From: Sminthopsis crassicaudata
Lineage: Eukaryota
NCBI RefSeq assembly: GCF_048593235.1
Contig: NC_133617.1
Coordinates: 361,246,048 to 361,280,066 of the forward strand
Direction: 5' to 3'
Length of the DNA: 34,019 nucleotides
Part shown: piece by piece, positions 31,656 through 34,019 of the stretch
Layout: the number at the start of each line of letters is the position of its first letter
How positions within the stretch are numbered: position 1 is the first letter of the stretch
Made by a program: the position numbers and the translations under genes
Notes under the pieces: model-generated
Database searches by the model: none
Told to the model about the DNA's origin: nothing
The model's input: the letters and a program-made list of their open reading frames with translations, nothing else

Positions 31656-33814
31656 TATTTGTAATAGAGTGAACTTCTGAGTGACATTTTTTGATCCTAT
31701 GCTATAAACAGAAGACTAAAGAAAGGGAAGGCAGACTCTAAACTAAATGGGGTTACTGACTTGGAAGGAGTTGGAAATGGAGATGAACATATGATTAATG
31801 CTTCTACTTTTACTATAAATTTACTAATCTAAATTGCTAATTTAAATTAGAATCTTGAGTGATGGTAGATAAATAAAAAGAGGCATGATCAAGTAAATGA
31901 TAGCTGAATCAGAGAATGAATGAATCTTACTCCTAAACAAGAATCTAACACATATTAGTGATGTAATAGTGGAACTGAAGCTTTCCTTGATAGCCATTTG
32001 CCCCGAAGTCCTGACAATATATTTTATATGATTCATAGATCTTCATAGTTAGTTTTATTCACACTTGTTATGTCAAAAAATATTCTAGCAAGAAACTCAA
32101 TAAGTACTTGTGGATTTGCTTGATCAATTAACAGGAAAATGATAGGAAAGATGAAGGGAAATTTAGGCTCCCGGAATCCTGTTTTAAAATGTTAGCAATC
32201 CCAGAATTGTCTAACCTTAGTTATGAATCCTCACTTGGCTCTTAGTCAACAACTAAGTAGAACTCTGAAAGATATAGATATATTATATAGTGGAAGGAAA
32301 GGACAGGAGAGGAAATAGATATGGATAGGGGAAAGGGCAGTGGGAAGGAGTAAGACTTGACCTTAAAATGCCCAAAGCTGGCCTGAGTAGAAAATTACTT
32401 GGGGAAAATGAAGAGTGAGTCAGTTTTACAGTAAAGTGAGATGAAAGGGTATTCAGAAAAGCTTGAACCTAGAGAAGGCAGGAGAGAGGAACTCTGACGG
32501 CTTATTTATATCACCTTTTTGACATGAAGATTGAGCCACCTATTACATAACTAAAGCATTAACAAGATCATATTAGAAGCCAAGAGGTGATATATGCTTC
32601 AATCTTTAGTGCAAAACTTAGCAAGGAGAGCTCACTGCATGATGGCTCAATGGTGTTTTCTTCATTATACTGGCACTTTACAAATTCCAAAAGGAGCCTT
32701 TACTTCATGTCATTTGTTTTCCTGAGACAGCTCCAAGAAGAAAAATGCCAAATAATTATATTCTTGTTACTCTCCAGAATTTTCATTTGATATTCAATAT
32801 GAAGACTAATATGAAGGGGTGGAAAATAATTTCTCTTCACCTATCTGATGCAGTTTGCCTTTATTACTCAAGCTCTTTACTGAAAATTCAATTGAATGCT
32901 TATGGTCTACCTTTTAATCTGTGAACTTCCTATTCTGTTAATTCTCACACTGGCTACATGATACACAGCTATATTAATATGAACTGATATGTGTGTATAT
33001 CCATATATGTTTATATTTATACATGTTTATGTATTTTTAAAAATAGATGATGGTAACTGATAGTAACTAAATTAACATATGGTGAATTGTTCTATTTTCT
33101 GGCACTTTTATTGGGGAAAAAACATGCTACTTGCTACATTATACTAATGATGATGATTATTTCCAACATATTTAATAAAGTGCTTTAGCTTTGACTATTT
33201 CNNNNNNNNNNNNNNNNNNNNNNNNNNNNNNNNNNNNNNNNNNNNNNNNNNNNNNNNNNNNNNNNNNNNNNNNNNNNNNNNNNNNNNNNNNNNNNNNNNN
33301 NNNNNNNNNNNNNNNNNNNNNNNNNNNNNNNNNNNNNNNNNTGCTAATTCCATGATTAATCTTCCATTTGGCTATTGAGCAACATACTCCATATAAAATA
33401 GGAAACTGAGATGAGTGATCAGGCATACAGACATCAAATCAGGATTCTGACTTCAAACAGCAGGAGGAAAACTTGATAGGCAGCCTGAAATTCAAACAAC
33501 ACATGCATGGTTACTTTCAGACTTGTGATCACAATAGAAGTTAGTAAAAGATAAGAAAGAGAGATTCATATTGAGGAATTTGACCTGATATAAACTTTTG
33601 TACAACCTTTTTTTTTTTTTTTTTGCTCTTTTTTCAATGACTTCATGTTCATAGTTTCTTCCTTCCAGTTTTTCCGAGAATAAAGGATAGATAATTTCTC
33701 TTGTGAGAAACTCATTGGGTGGTCTTACTTGGAAAATTGTGATCCATCCTGATTGCTATATCCCAAGAGAGATATAACAATTATGGGAGAGAAGCAACAT
33801 AATCAAGGGAACTT

Positions 33815-34019
33815 CTATAAGAATAACAGCTATCATTTATACAGCACTTTAATGTTTAAAAATGCTTTACATAGATTAATTAATTTGAGCTGCCCATATA
33901 TTCCTAAGAAGTAAATGCTATAACTATCCCCATTTTAAAGATGAGGAAACTGAGACATAAGGGTTAATTGACATGCCCAAGATCATACAACCAAGTAGTC
34001 AAGACCAGATTTAAATTCA
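33815..34019 (-). mobile_element. MIR-type SINE (runs to the window end)
   Basis: 'tccccattttaaagatgaggaaactgagacataagggttaattgacatgcccaagatcatac'. Confidence 0.9.

Noticed and set aside
1-34019. CRISPR arrays, operons, rRNA/tRNA genes, ERV/LTR or endogenous viral ORFs
   Set aside because: None seen. The DNA is eukaryotic and repeat-rich, and the tRNA-like boxes belong to SINE heads.

Overview
AT-rich, CpG-depleted mammalian non-coding DNA (intron or intergenic) with 7 N-runs. The repeat set (L1, L2, L3/CR1, MIR/MIR3-type core SINEs, MAR1- and WSINE1-like SINEs, a hAT MITE) points to a marsupial. The youngest L1 resembles, from memory, dasyurid (Tasmanian devil-type) L1; this is an inference, not a search result. 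The only recognisable protein-coding sequence is decayed L1 ORF1/ORF2 and CR1 RT. No host gene, rRNA, tRNA or CRISPR array could be identified, and most listed ORFs are chance ORFs or artefacts of reading through Ns. I found no evidence of a novel biological system. The best leads are a twin-primed (5'-inverted) L1 with target-site duplication (TSD) at 17187-18128, a young L1 nested antisense in an older L1, a CpG-enriched unique segment spanning a gap at about 23770-24380 (possible exon), several exon-like segments with good splice signals, and two enhancer-like motif clusters. Repeat boundaries are by eye (about +/-30 bp unless a TSD is given) and subfamily names are from recall.
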